Source: Candidatus Latescibacterota bacterium
GTDB taxonomy: Bacteria > Latescibacterota > UBA2968
Direction: 5' to 3'
Assembly: GCA_965198115.1 (NCBI GenBank)
Contig: OZ240241.1
Coordinates: forward strand, 7,552,001 to 7,616,000
DNA length: 64,000 nucleotides
Below the pieces are notes generated by a model. The model did not search any database and was not told the origin of the DNA. It saw nothing but the letters and a program-made list of their open reading frames with translations. Both the position numbers and the translations under genes were made by a program. Of the stretch, positions 43,513 through 53,678 are shown one piece after another. Every line of letters starts with the position of its first letter. Positions within the stretch are counted from its first letter, which is position 1.

Positions 43513-45724
43513 TTACTTCCCGGCGAAGTCCGTACGAACTCTACCCACGCACCCGATCTCGATCTCCAGGCGCGTATCGTGTACGATTTCTACCAGTTCT
43601 ACGGGAGATCCCGGGATGACCAGACTGCCCTTCTTAAGGGCTATATCCGGATCTCTCAACGAGATGAAGTGGGTGAAGGTGCCGTAGTTCCTGGCATGGG
43701 GGCGCGGTTAGAGTGTGCGGAACCTCTTCGGAATCTGCTCAGGGATGTTTATGTCTCCGACGGTAAGGAAGATCATATCGTTGAATGCGTCGAGTGTGCG
43801 GAATCCGCTGGCTCGGTTCTTGACGATTTGGACGATTCGGTTGAGGCCTTCGGCGATGGCGTTGGTAAGACGCGTGTTCACGAATGCGAGGACGCCGAAG
43901 AAGTGCTGTCGCAGGGTCCTGACGAACTTTCGCAGGGGTTCAAGTCGACTTCTGAGTGCGGACGTCGTCCAGCATTTCAGGAAGCGTTCGGCAGCCCAGG
44001 GCGCTTTGTATTCCCAGAACTGCTCGAACTCGTCCTTGAGTCTCCAGGCTCTATAGATTCGGTAGTTCGCCTTCTCCAGTGCTTTGAGTGTCCGAGTATC
44101 CCCTCTGGAGCGTGTCGCTGAGTGCCGGTAGAGGAGCCATCGGAGGCCCTTCATGGCTTTGCGCTCATCCGGGGCAGCTTTACGCCACTGGTCCTTACGG
44201 ACCTCGTCAACGGCGGCATTGAGAGCCTTGACGATGTGAAAGCGATCGAGGACCAGCTTGGCATTCGGACAGTGTTCCTGGATGGCTCCGATGTAAGCTT
44301 CGCTCATGTCGCAGCAGGCCCCACTCGATCTTGGATCTCCGGTAGGGACTGAGAGCCTCTGTGAAGAACCGATCGATCGTTTTACGCGCCCTGCCGCGGC
44401 CAACCCACACCACGCAGGAGCGGTCCAGATCGTAAACGAGCGTGGCGTACCTGTGACGCTTGGCGTAGGAGATCTCGTCGATCCCGATGGTTTTGAGCCC
44501 TCGGATACGATGACCTTCACGAAGCCGCGTGATGGATCGGTGAAGGAGATCCGACAGCGTCGAGGCAGAGATGCGCAGTAACTCGGACGCCGCCTTCTGC
44601 GTCATGGTCTGGCAGTAGCGCAGCATGGCATACTCGAAGCGATACGTCACCCGAGAGAACCGCTCCGCCCACGGAATCTCCTCGACCACACGACCGTGGG
44701 TAGGACACCGAATCTCCCGAGGATGGTAGAGAAGCCAGACCCTCCACCCGCACACCGGAATGTCACGCCACCGACGCGGATGGGGCATTGTGCGGACGAT
44801 TTTACCTCGACGGCCGCACTCCGGACAACAACAACCATTCTTATGTGGCTTTACGGCGATGACGAAACAGCTTCTCCCCTCAAACCACCAGCTGATAACA
44901 CGGAACCCCTTGAATCTCAGCAGTTTCGATAGTAATCTGCTCCCGGTCATAGGTCGCACCCCCTTCGCTTTGATTGTCCTACACACACAACCAAGCGTAG
45001 GGAACGATCTATGACCTTGTCATTCTATAGTTTCACCGTTGAGAAACCCGGATAGAGCCTTCTTAAGGCACCTGCCTTTTTGGGCAAGAGAGTCGACGAG
45101 CCAGCGCAGAGACTTTAGAGGCCCTCCCATGATCTCGGCAGCCCTCGCCTGGGTGATGATCTCTCCGTCCTTGTAGACACTGAAAAGTTCATCTGCGAAA
45201 GAAATTTTACCCGGTGAGGCTTTTGCGTTGCCCACGACGAGCCCCGCGTGGATTCCACCCGACGCGATCAGTTCTTGTAAAGTCGGTGGGGGAAACCAGA
45301 ATTTGATATGGTGAACTTCGATCCCCGGATGGACGGCTTCGATTGCGCCGATCAGCTGGTCGTCCGACAGTGACTCGCCTTCCAGATCCTTCCCGATCCT
45401 GAGTACCATCTCGGGTTCGATCGCACAGTTGCAGTAATCGGTCCAGTCCAGAGCAATCCCTTCATTCCAGATATTTGGTCTGAACAGCCGGCCGCTGATC
45501 GGATCCTTCAGGCCAAATTGTTCACGGATCGCTGGACTAGTACACCCGACTTTGTAGCCGACGACCTCTTCTCCACGATCGATCCGCATTTCGGTGACGC
45601 GATCCTGGACCTCATACGCTTCTGCGATGGACAGGTCGGAGGGGCGGATGGTCGTCTCACCCAGCCATTCCTTCCCGTAAAAGACCGAAAAGAAACCTTC
45701 CGCTAGTGGACCGATGGAACGCAT
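43513..45724 (-). pseudogene. 2-keto-4-pentenoate hydratase/FAH-family gene interrupted by ISL3 copy 3
   Basis: AYEVQ, GYKVGCTS, IEPE; removing the IS and one TSD restores ...CLKKGSLVIPGSPV...FAGK*. Confidence 0.88.
43639..45059 (-). mobile_element. ISL3 copy 3 (transposase frameshifted as in copy 1)
   Basis: Same IRs; TSD TTCTTAAG at 43631-43638 and 45060-45067. Confidence 0.95.
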
Positions 45725-45743
45725 TCTTGGCTCTCGATGAATC

Positions 45744-47300
45744 TTATTGATGTGAGGTGAGCCGGACGCGGCCATAGCTGAGCGTGGTCGGTGTGTCTGT
45801 GAACAATCCGAAATCGCCTCTACGATACCCGAGCAGGTCGATGGTGAGCGAAGGCTCGCATCCGGCTCTCGGGGTGGCCGTGAAGAACTCCGTCAGGGGA
45901 TGCTTCAGAGGGATCTTCACAGGACGGGAGGCTCGACCGTCTGCACCGATTTCCAGGATTCGATTTTCGGATCGACCTTCGCGGCTGCTTACATAGTATA
46001 TGACGAAGAGTCGACGATCCGGTGTCACGTGAAAGCGCGGCGTGCTGATCGGGTCTTCTACGACTTTCTGCCTCTTGATTTTCCACGGTAGCAAGCTGTC
46101 TTCGTATTCAACTTCTGTCGGAATCCCGTCGGGCGAATCCTCTCCTGCTTCAACCAAGGTCGAGCGATCTATGACCCTGCCTTCCCGAAGTCTCGCGTAA
46201 CAAATCGTATATCGGCGCTGAAGATCGGGGAAGTGCTCGTCCCGAAAGAGACGATTGATGGGTGCTCTGTACCAAAGCAGATGGGACAGACCTTCAGAGT
46301 CGAGGTAGAGATCTCCTGCGAAGACCCAGCCCCCGTCATCGAAGGTATTGTCGATCTCGATCCAGTCGCTGAATTCGGCCCTCGTGACATTCTCGGTCCA
46401 CGCGTAGTAGAGCTTGCGAAACCGGTTGCCGAACTGACGGCCGGCGAGCTCCGGTGTCGTAACCCGGTTCCACGTGTCATACGCAGCAGCTCCACAGAAA
46501 TGAACAGCGCGGCTTTTCAATGCGACGACCGGATAGTTGACTCGCGCGTGGCTGGCTCCGTAGGGAGTCATACCAACGTCCTCGTAGGGGGGCCAGCCGA
46601 GTCTTCCGCTGTGCCAGTCTATGTTCTTGTCCAGCAGGGCCCATTCCGCGTGTGTGTAGCCCACATTTTGGAACAGGATCAGCTCACCGCTGTCCGCGTC
46701 GGCCGCAAAGGAACGGTACGAGTGCTCAGTGAAGGGAGGGTGGCCTCCCCATTCGGGAAGGAGGGTGCGGTAGGGAGCACGCGCATCCGAGTCAAAGGCC
46801 AGGATCTCCGGGCGTGACGGGCCCCCTCCCGTGACCTCCGGTCCAAGCAGCGTAGGATTGTTCGAGAGGAACAGACCCTTCTCGGGGAGAACGGCCAGAG
46901 GACAAGGCTCGCGGGTTCTTTTTACCTCGTCGGCTTGCCGAAGCTCCCAACCACTGGGCGCATGCTTGAAGAGCATCCATCGACAGTCGTTCGGAGGATC
47001 GAACCGATCGAGCTTCTGTTGACCGCTGACGAAAACGTCCTCGCCCAAGCGAACGATACAGGTGTTGCCGTAGCACCACATCGGCGATGATCCGTTGCGG
47101 GGACATATCCCGGTGTAGACACGGCTCTCTTCCTCGACGGTGAAGTCCAAATGATGACCTTCATCTGCGTGATGGACGAATGTGCGTCCAGGAGGGTGGG
47201 AGGTGGTTGCCAGAAGACGAAAGTCAAGTAACATCCCACCGCAACGGCAAGAACCGCCAGCACAGCAGGGGCTGCGTTCCGTAGAGCGCGTGAACGGCAT
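45744..47300 (-). CDS. Hypothetical protein, possibly beta-propeller (BNR-like); start uncertain
   Basis: Long ORF, beta-rich, NGSSPMWCYG and REPCPL segments. Confidence 0.6.
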   Translation of the reverse strand: MPFTRSTERSPCCAGGSCRCGGMLLDFRLLATTSHPPGRTFVHHADEGHHLDFTVEEESRVYTGICPRNGSSPMWCYGNTCIVRLGEDVFVSGQQKLDRFDPPNDCRWMLFKHAPSGWELRQADEVKRTREPCPLAVLPEKGLFLSNNPTLLGPEVTGGGPSRPEILAFDSDARAPYRTLLPEWGGHPPFTEHSYRSFAADADSGELILFQNVGYTHAEWALLDKNIDWHSGRLGWPPYEDVGMTPYGASHARVNYPVVALKSRAVHFCGAAAYDTWNRVTTPELAGRQFGNRFRKLYYAWTENVTRAEFSDWIEIDNTFDDGGWVFAGDLYLDSEGLSHLLWYRAPINRLFRDEHFPDLQRRYTICYARLREGRVIDRSTLVEAGEDSPDGIPTEVEYEDSLLPWKIKRQKVVEDPISTPRFHVTPDRRLFVIYYVSSREGRSENRILEIGADGRASRPVKIPLKHPLTEFFTATPRAGCEPSLTIDLLGYRRGDFGLFTDTPTTLSYGRVRLTSHQ

Positions 47301-47370
47301 CGGAATCTGCGTCGATGAGTCAGCGGATATCTTCGATGCGACCCAAGGCAGCTGCGGTTTCGGGGAGGAT

Positions 47371-47739
47371 CTAGGAGCCCAGATCGATGAGTAGTCGCGC
47401 GATGTCGAGTTGCCCGACGTTGACGGCTTCCTCGATCGGCGTTCGATTCCAGGAGGGACTGCGTTCGTGGACCAGATCGGGTCGCTCTTTCACCAGGGCT
47501 CTGACGGTCTCCTCGTCCCCATACATGGCGGCCGTGAAAATGTCGTGCGTGCCGCCGTGCTCGAGTACCAGCTCCGCCTTATCTCGTCCGCCGTGTTCGA
47601 GCGCACTGAACATCGCCCCTCCCCCGAGGTCCGGGTCCGCGCCGGCTTCCAACAGGATCCGCATGGTATCGAGATCGCCTTCCCAGGCGGCCAGCCGGAT
47701 CGGTGGCGAGATGTCGCAGTTCGCCTGCCCTTTGAGGTA
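47371..47739 (-). pseudogene. 5'-truncated ankyrin-repeat protein
   Basis: PIRLAAWEGDLDTMRILLEAGADP, DIFTAAMYGD, TPIEEAVNVGQLDIARLL; no start upstream of about 47740. Confidence 0.65.
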
Positions 47740-47869
47740 CTAACGATTCAGATTTCGCTTCCAGCCTGTCGCCCTTGCCAGGTAATATCAGGCCCCGGAC
47801 CCTCGACTTGAATATTCATCTCGGGATGCGCGTCCCAGAACATCCTCATGCAAATCTTCTCATACAACG

Positions 47870-48046
47870 CTACTCCTCCTCCTCCACATTCCGCAGCCTC
47901 TTCTCCATTCCGCTCACCTTACCCTGTAGCCCGCTCACATCTTTGCTCAGCTGCTCCACCGCCTTCATCACCTGACCCAACGTCACCTGCACCGCCTCGA
48001 ACGTACCCTCATCAGGCTCGAACCCCTTCTCGTCCTTTTTTGCCAT
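47870..48046 (-). CDS. Small coiled-coil hypothetical protein (58 aa, below the ORF-track cutoff)
   Basis: RBS GGAG; MAKKDEKGFEPDEGTFEAVQVTLGQVMKAVEQLSKDVSGLQGKVSGMEKRLRNVEEEE. Confidence 0.5.
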   Translation of the reverse strand: MAKKDEKGFEPDEGTFEAVQVTLGQVMKAVEQLSKDVSGLQGKVSGMEKRLRNVEEEE

Positions 48047-48367
48047 CCGTGCGCTCCAATATCAACTCCAACAGATTAACCATTTCAACCTTACCCTAAA
48101 TATACCGAAAGCGTTTGCGGACTGATGAAAGCAACCTAAAACGGCGCGTGTGCTCCTAGACACTTCTGACTCAATGACACACCTTGTTCGCTCCGCGCGG
48201 CCGCCTCCTCCATCGTCCGATGTCTGGCCTTCTTGAGGTGGATTCACCGCCCTAGGGCGCCGTTCCGGTCTGTGGCGGTCACCTGCCAGTGAGTTGGGCA
48301 AAACTGACGACCTAAACTTCGCAGCGCCGGTCGCCGATCTTGAACGCGAATAGTTGTCCTGCAAAGA

Positions 48368-48410
48368 AATCCCCCTCTCTCGAGAATTGGTCTGAATGAG
48401 AGAGGGGGTT
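48368..48410 (-). terminator. Terminator-like hairpin downstream of fliG
   Basis: CCCCCTCTCTC...GAGAGAGGGGG inverted repeat with T-rich tail on the minus strand. Confidence 0.55.
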
Positions 48411-48474
48411 CGCTATTGTAATCTGGATGGCGTCGGGTGGAAGGCGATGAATGTGGCCCGCTTGGTGGCCAGTT

Positions 48475-49488
48475 CTACACGAACTGGTCGCTGCTGTCGC
48501 CACGAACGATCGTAACCTGACCTGCTTCTTCGAGCTGACGAACGGTCTGGACGACGCGCAGCTGGACTTCCTCCACGTCGCTCATACGAACGGGGCCGGA
48601 AAAGTCCATCTCTTCCTTCATCATCGTGCCTACGCGTTCTGACACGTTCCCAAAGATCCGGTCTTTCATCTCGTCGTTCGCGCCCTTGAGGGCGGTCGCC
48701 AGATCCTTGGAATCGACCTCACGCAGGATCAGCTGAATCTCACGGTCCGTCAGGTTCGCGATGTCGTCGAACGTGAACATATTGTTTCTCACGTCTTCTG
48801 CGAGCTCCGGGTCCTGAGCATCCAGACGTTCCAACACCGCCTTCTCCGTCGAACGCCCCGTGCTGTTGAGGATTTCAGCCACCGCCTTCGGTCCGCCTAT
48901 TTCCGTCACCTGACCGGACAGAATCGTCTGCAGATCCTGTGCGAGACTTTCCTCGAGTTCGCGCAGAACCTGTGGCGAAATCGTCTCCATCTGCGCGATA
49001 CGGAAGGAGACGTCCGCCTGCAGCTCTTCAGACAGCCCATTCATTACCCCGGCTGCCTGGGCTGCTTCGAGCTGCGACAGAATCAGCGCGATGGTCTGCG
49101 GGTGCTCCTTGGCGATGAAGGGTATAATCTGGTTCGGATCGACGTTCCGCAGCATGTAGAAGCCACTCGTCGTCGTCGAAGTTACTCGGTCCAGCAGCGA
49201 TTGAGCTTTTCGCGGCCCCATCGCCTTTTCCAGCGCACCCCGGGCGAAATCCATGCCGCCCTGAGAGACATATTGGCCCGCGAGCAACATCTGCTCGAAC
49301 TCTTCGAGAACCTCGTCCTCCTGCTCGGTTGTCACGACTTCAAGTCCGGCGATGGACTCGGCGATGCGTTCTATCTCGTAATCGGTCAAATACTTCATCA
49401 CCTCGGCCGTCGTTTCCTGGCCGAGAGAAATCATCAGGATTGCGACTTTCGTTCGCGCAGGAAGTTCATCCCCTTCTTCTTCTGCCAC
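48475..49488 (-). CDS. fliG: Flagellar motor switch protein FliG (stand-alone)
   Basis: KVAILMISLG, EHPQTIALILS, GG.KAVAEILN, MFTFDD, GPVRMSDVEEVQ. Confidence 0.96.
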   Translation of the reverse strand: MAEEEGDELPARTKVAILMISLGQETTAEVMKYLTDYEIERIAESIAGLEVVTTEQEDEVLEEFEQMLLAGQYVSQGGMDFARGALEKAMGPRKAQSLLDRVTSTTTSGFYMLRNVDPNQIIPFIAKEHPQTIALILSQLEAAQAAGVMNGLSEELQADVSFRIAQMETISPQVLRELEESLAQDLQTILSGQVTEIGGPKAVAEILNSTGRSTEKAVLERLDAQDPELAEDVRNNMFTFDDIANLTDREIQLILREVDSKDLATALKGANDEMKDRIFGNVSERVGTMMKEEMDFSGPVRMSDVEEVQLRVVQTVRQLEEAGQVTIVRGDSSDQFV

Positions 49489-49645
49489 GGCGAACCACCC
49501 CCCTCAGACTTTGATCGAGTGACCGGCAATCGAAGAGCGTATGCTCGTTACACTACGAAATATACTCCCTTTTCCCAGAAAAGAAGGCCATTACCTGAGA
49601 ACGGCCTTCCCGTCGATCAGGAAAGGCTTTTGTTTTGTAGCGGAC

Positions 49646-49673
49646 GATACCGTAAAGGTCCGTTATCGGTAAC
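49646..49673. other. dif/Xer-like recombination site (left)
   Basis: GATACCGTAAA-GGTCCG-TTATCGGTAAC, 11-6-11 imperfect palindrome. Confidence 0.4.
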
Positions 49674-50682
49674 AAGGGATCCTACGAAGGCAGTTGGCTT
49701 GCGGGCAAAGTCGGTGTCATCGCCGTTTCTGCTTAGCTCGCTCCTCTTTCTCTCGTCTCGCGATACGGTCCTTCCACCTGTGTCCTTCCCATTTTCGCCG
49801 CCATTCAGCACGAGTCGCCTCCACATCCGCGGGCACGTGATCGCCATAGCTCAGGTTATCGAGGAATGGCATCATGTCCTTCATCTTGCCCTCAATCAGT
49901 CCTACAGAGCCAGGCCGACCTGCGCCAGTGCTTGTCTCCCAGTGGTACCTATGAATCAGCGTGTCGATCAAGACTATCTTTTCCCGACAGTTTCAGCAAG
50001 AGGGAACTTCCTGACGAACTCTTCGATGAATGGTCGCATGCCGCCCGCGTGCAATTTCTTGTATTTGATAGTTTTCTTGTATTCCACCCAGGAACATTTC
50101 CATCCGCAGCCTTCGCAGATTATCATCTTGTCTCCGGTGAGGTCCCTATCCTAGTTGAAACTTAAAGGGCTCAAAACTTACGTTGTGGGTAGACGTGTGA
50201 GAGCGTGTACCCGTAAGAAAGGAGCCCACGATGGAGAAGCTATTTGCAGGGGATGGCGAAGTCAAGGTTGGGTCAGACGTTATGGATTTGGAGACGCGTT
50301 TATCGGTGATCCGGGCGCTGATTCCGCTGGGTCTGGAGGCCGTTGCCGACGTGCTCCAGCAGGAGGTGGAGCAGCTCGCAGGCGTTCGGTATGCGCGTAA
50401 GGGTTCAGAGCAGTCGCATCGTCGATGGGGAAGCCAGAAAGGGTCCGTGTATCTGATGGACCAGAAGCTGCCGTGGCCGTTCCCCGTGTGCGCGACGTCG
50501 AGTCCGATACGGAGGTTTCTCTGGCCGCATACCGGGGGATGCAGAGGCCCAGAGCGATGGATGAGAAGCTGCTGCTTCGTGTGCTCAAGGGAATCTCCTG
50601 TCGCAACTACAGAGCCTGTGCAGAGTCGGTACCCGAAGCGTTCGGAATTTCGGCATCCTCCGTCTCGCGACGGTTCATCAAA

Positions 50683-52102
50683 GGCTATATCCGGATCTCT
50701 CAACGAGATGAAGTGGGTGAAGGTGCCGTGGTTCCTGGCATGGGGGCGCGGTTAGAGTGTGCGGAACCTCTTCGGAATCTGCTCAGGGATGTTTATGTCT
50801 CCGACGGTAAGGAAGATCATATCGTTGAATGCGTCGAGTGTGCGGAATCCGCTGGCTCGGTTCTTGACGATTTGGACGATTCGGTTGAGGCCTTCGGCGA
50901 TGGCGTTGGTAAGACGCGTGTTCACGAATGCGAGGACGCCGAAGAAGTGCTGTCGCAGGGTCCTGACGAACTTTCGCAGGGGTTCAAGTCGACTTCTGAG
51001 TGCGGACGTCGTCCAGCATTTCAGGAAGCGTTCGGCAGCCCAGGGCGCTTTGTATTCCCAGAACTGCTCGAACTCGTCCTTGAGTCTCCAGGCTCTATAG
51101 ATTCGGTAGTTCGCCTTCTCCAGTGCTTCGAGTGTCCGAGTATCCCCTCTGGAGCGTGTCGCTGAGTGCCGGTAGAGGAGCCATCGGAGGCCCTTCATGG
51201 CTTTGCGCTCATCCGGGGCAGCTTTACGCCACTGGTCCTTACGGACCTCGTCAACGGCGGCATTGAGAGCCTTGACGATGTGAAAGCGATCGAGGACCAG
51301 CTTGGCATTCGGACAGTGTTCCTGGATGGCTCCGATGTAAGCTTCGCTCATGTCGCAGCAGGCCCACTCGATCTTGGATCTCTGGTAGGGACTGAGAGCC
51401 TCTGTGAAGAACCGATCGATCGTTTTACGCGCCCTGCCGCGGCCAACCCACACCACGCAGGAGCGGTCCAGATCGTAAACGAGCGTGGCGTACCTGTGAC
51501 GCTTGGCGTAGGAGATCTCGTCGATCCCGATGGTTTTGAGCCCTCGGATACGATGACCTTCACGAAGCCGCGTGATGGATCGGTGAAGGAGATCCGACAG
51601 CGTCGAGGCAGAGATGCGCAGTAACTCGGACGCCGCCTTCTGCGTCATGGTCTGGCAGTAGCGCAGCATGGCATACTCGAAGCGATACGTCACCCGAGAG
51701 AACCGCTCCGCCCACGGAATCTCCTCGACCACACGACCGTGGGTAGGACACCGAATCTCCCGAGGATGGTAGAGAAGCCAGACCCTCCACCCGCACACCG
51801 GAATGTCACGCCACCGACGCGGATGGGGCATTGTGCGGACGATTTTACCTCGACGGCCGCACTCCGGACAACAACAACCATTCTTATGTGGCTTTACGGC
51901 GATGACGAAACAGCTTCTCCCCTCAAACCACCAGCTGACAACACGGAACCCCTTGAATCTCAGCAGTTTCGATAGTAATCTGCTCCCGGTCATAGGTCGC
52001 ACCCCCTTCGCTTTGATTGTCCTACACACACAACCAAGCGTAGGGAACGATCTATGACCTTGTCATTCTATAGTTTCACCGTTGAGAAACCCGGATAGAG
52101 CC
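50683..52102 (-). mobile_element. ISL3 copy 4
   Basis: Same IRs; TSD TCATCAAA at 50675-50682 and 52103-52110. Confidence 0.95.
50752..52029 (-). CDS. ISL3 transposase (intact)
   Basis: 425-aa ORF with ISL3 motifs. Confidence 0.93.
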   Translation of the reverse strand: MCRTIKAKGVRPMTGSRLLSKLLRFKGFRVVSWWFEGRSCFVIAVKPHKNGCCCPECGRRGKIVRTMPHPRRWRDIPVCGWRVWLLYHPREIRCPTHGRVVEEIPWAERFSRVTYRFEYAMLRYCQTMTQKAASELLRISASTLSDLLHRSITRLREGHRIRGLKTIGIDEISYAKRHRYATLVYDLDRSCVVWVGRGRARKTIDRFFTEALSPYQRSKIEWACCDMSEAYIGAIQEHCPNAKLVLDRFHIVKALNAAVDEVRKDQWRKAAPDERKAMKGLRWLLYRHSATRSRGDTRTLEALEKANYRIYRAWRLKDEFEQFWEYKAPWAAERFLKCWTTSALRSRLEPLRKFVRTLRQHFFGVLAFVNTRLTNAIAEGLNRIVQIVKNRASGFRTLDAFNDMIFLTVGDINIPEQIPKRFRTL

Positions 52103-53452
52103 TCATCAAAGCCACCGCAAAGAAGCTGAAGCAGTTCCAGGAACGACCGCTCGACGACTACGACTTGGTCGCCCTGTTCATCGACGGAAAGAGCTTTGCC
52201 GACGAAGAGATCGTGATCGCTCCGGGCGTCACGACGGACGGCCAGAAGATCCCCCTGGGCTTCGTCGAATCGGCGACGGAGAACGAACGGATCTGCCGTC
52301 AGCTGATCCAGGATCTCATCCGGAGAGGCCTGTGCTACGACCAGGGCCTTCTCGTTGTGCTGGACGGCTCAAAGGGACTCCGCAGTGCCGTCACCAAAGC
52401 CCTCAAAGGGGATGTGTGCGTGCATCGCTGTCAGTGGCACAAGCGCGAGAACGTCGTCAGCTACCTCCCGGAGGCAGAACGTCCAAGAGTTCGACGGAAA
52501 CTTCAGAAAGCCTATGACTGCGACACCTACGAGGAGGCAAAGGCCGCACTCGAATCACTCAAACCCGAACTCAAGCTGATGAATCAGTCTGCCGTGGCAA
52601 GCCTCGAGGAAGGACTGGAGGAAACCCTGACCCTCCACCGGCTGGGGATGCTCCCGTTCTTGAAGCGAAGCTTCCGAACCACCAATTGCATCGAGGCGCT
52701 CAACAGCATGACCGGCAACCTGATACGGAAGGTCAACCGCTGGAACAACTCTCCTCAGCGACACAGATGGGTCGCGGCCGCACTCCTCGACATCGAACCA
52801 CGCCTGCGACGCGTGAGCGGATACAAACACCTCCCGCTGCTCAGGCAAGCACTGAAAAAACAACCTGAATCTCGGCGACAATCAAGATGCTCGGCAGAGA
52901 GCATGAATACCACGGAGCCCGATGAGTTTCAACTGACTATGGGACTTGACCTTGTCTCCCGCAATGTAGATCACTTCCCGACACCCAGCGCAGCGCACCT
53001 TTCCTTCATATTTCATGGCCACGTCGAGCATGCTTTGGCAGCGGGCGAGTAACGCATATCCTGCCTCGTCAACCAATTCACTGTCCAAAAGATCCTGGGC
53101 TGAGGCTTCGTACAGGGCAGCGATAACCACCTTGCGACACGAGGGGCCCACTTGGGCAGGATATACTCGGCCTGGGAATCCTTCGAGTATGAGACACGGG
53201 TCACACTTGGGCGATCCATTATACACCCTTTCGAGTAGATCCTTTTCTGTCTGGAGGAACTCATTACAGGACATTTTGAGGGGGACGTGAGTCTTCGGGT
53301 AGGGCTGCAGAGCGGCACGTCTACGATGCGGGTGCCGCGTGGCTTTAGGCAGCAGACCTAAAACCAGTCCAACGAGGCTAAACAAGAGCCCTCTCTCGAG
53401 AGTGTGAGAGGGGGGCATTGGTGCTGCATCAGACGTCGAATCTGCGCGTACC

Positions 53453-53480
53453 AGTTATCGTAAACTCCATTATCGGTAAC
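53453..53480. other. dif/Xer-like recombination site (right)
   Basis: Minus strand GTTACCGATAA-TGGAGT-TTACGATAACT; second arm matches XerD box TTATGTTAAAT at 8/11. Confidence 0.45.
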
Positions 53481-53556
53481 ACGCGCCGCGGAGCGCTCGT
53501 AGTCCGATCCCTTGAGTCTTGCGAGTGCAAGTCGTTGTGCGTTGTCCAAGAACGAG

Positions 53557-53589
53557 AAAGCCCCCGAGTGCGTGACTCACTCGGGGGCC
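53557..53589 (-). terminator. Intrinsic terminator downstream of the Rieske gene
   Basis: GCCCCCGAGTG-CGTGACT-CACTCGGGGGC with TTT on the minus strand. Confidence 0.7.
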
Positions 53590-53678
53590 GTTTATTACTG
53601 TGTTATCACCCCATCGGTGACGATGCTGTGCTGGGCGACCTGGGTGGGTCACTGCTGGCCTGTGACGCAAAACATGAA

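Larger units (their letters stand above)
50136..52951 (+). mobile_element. IS256-family element, itself interrupted by ISL3 copy 4
   Basis: IRs GGTGAGGTCCCTATCCTAGTTGAAACT / GGTCAAGTCCCATAGTCAGTTGAAACT; TSD TTGTCTCC (50128-50135, 52952-52959); motifs LFIDG, DGSKGL, RCQWHKRENV, TTNCIE. Confidence 0.92.
49717..53219 (-). pseudogene. Hypothetical CxxC..CxxC protein interrupted by IS256
   Basis: PKWAPRV...LLARCQSML...VRCAGCREVIYIAGDK then, past the IS, MIICEGCGWKCSW...LIDTLIHRYHWE; additional frameshifts present. Confidence 0.7.

Noticed and set aside
39409-45059. Composite transposon of inverted ISL3 copies carrying NUDIX and PhyH genes
   Set aside because: Each copy has its own matching TSD pair, so they inserted independently
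49600-49720. c-di-GMP riboswitch upstream of fliG
   Set aside because: GGCAAA is on the wrong strand and the two-hairpin GEMM architecture is absent
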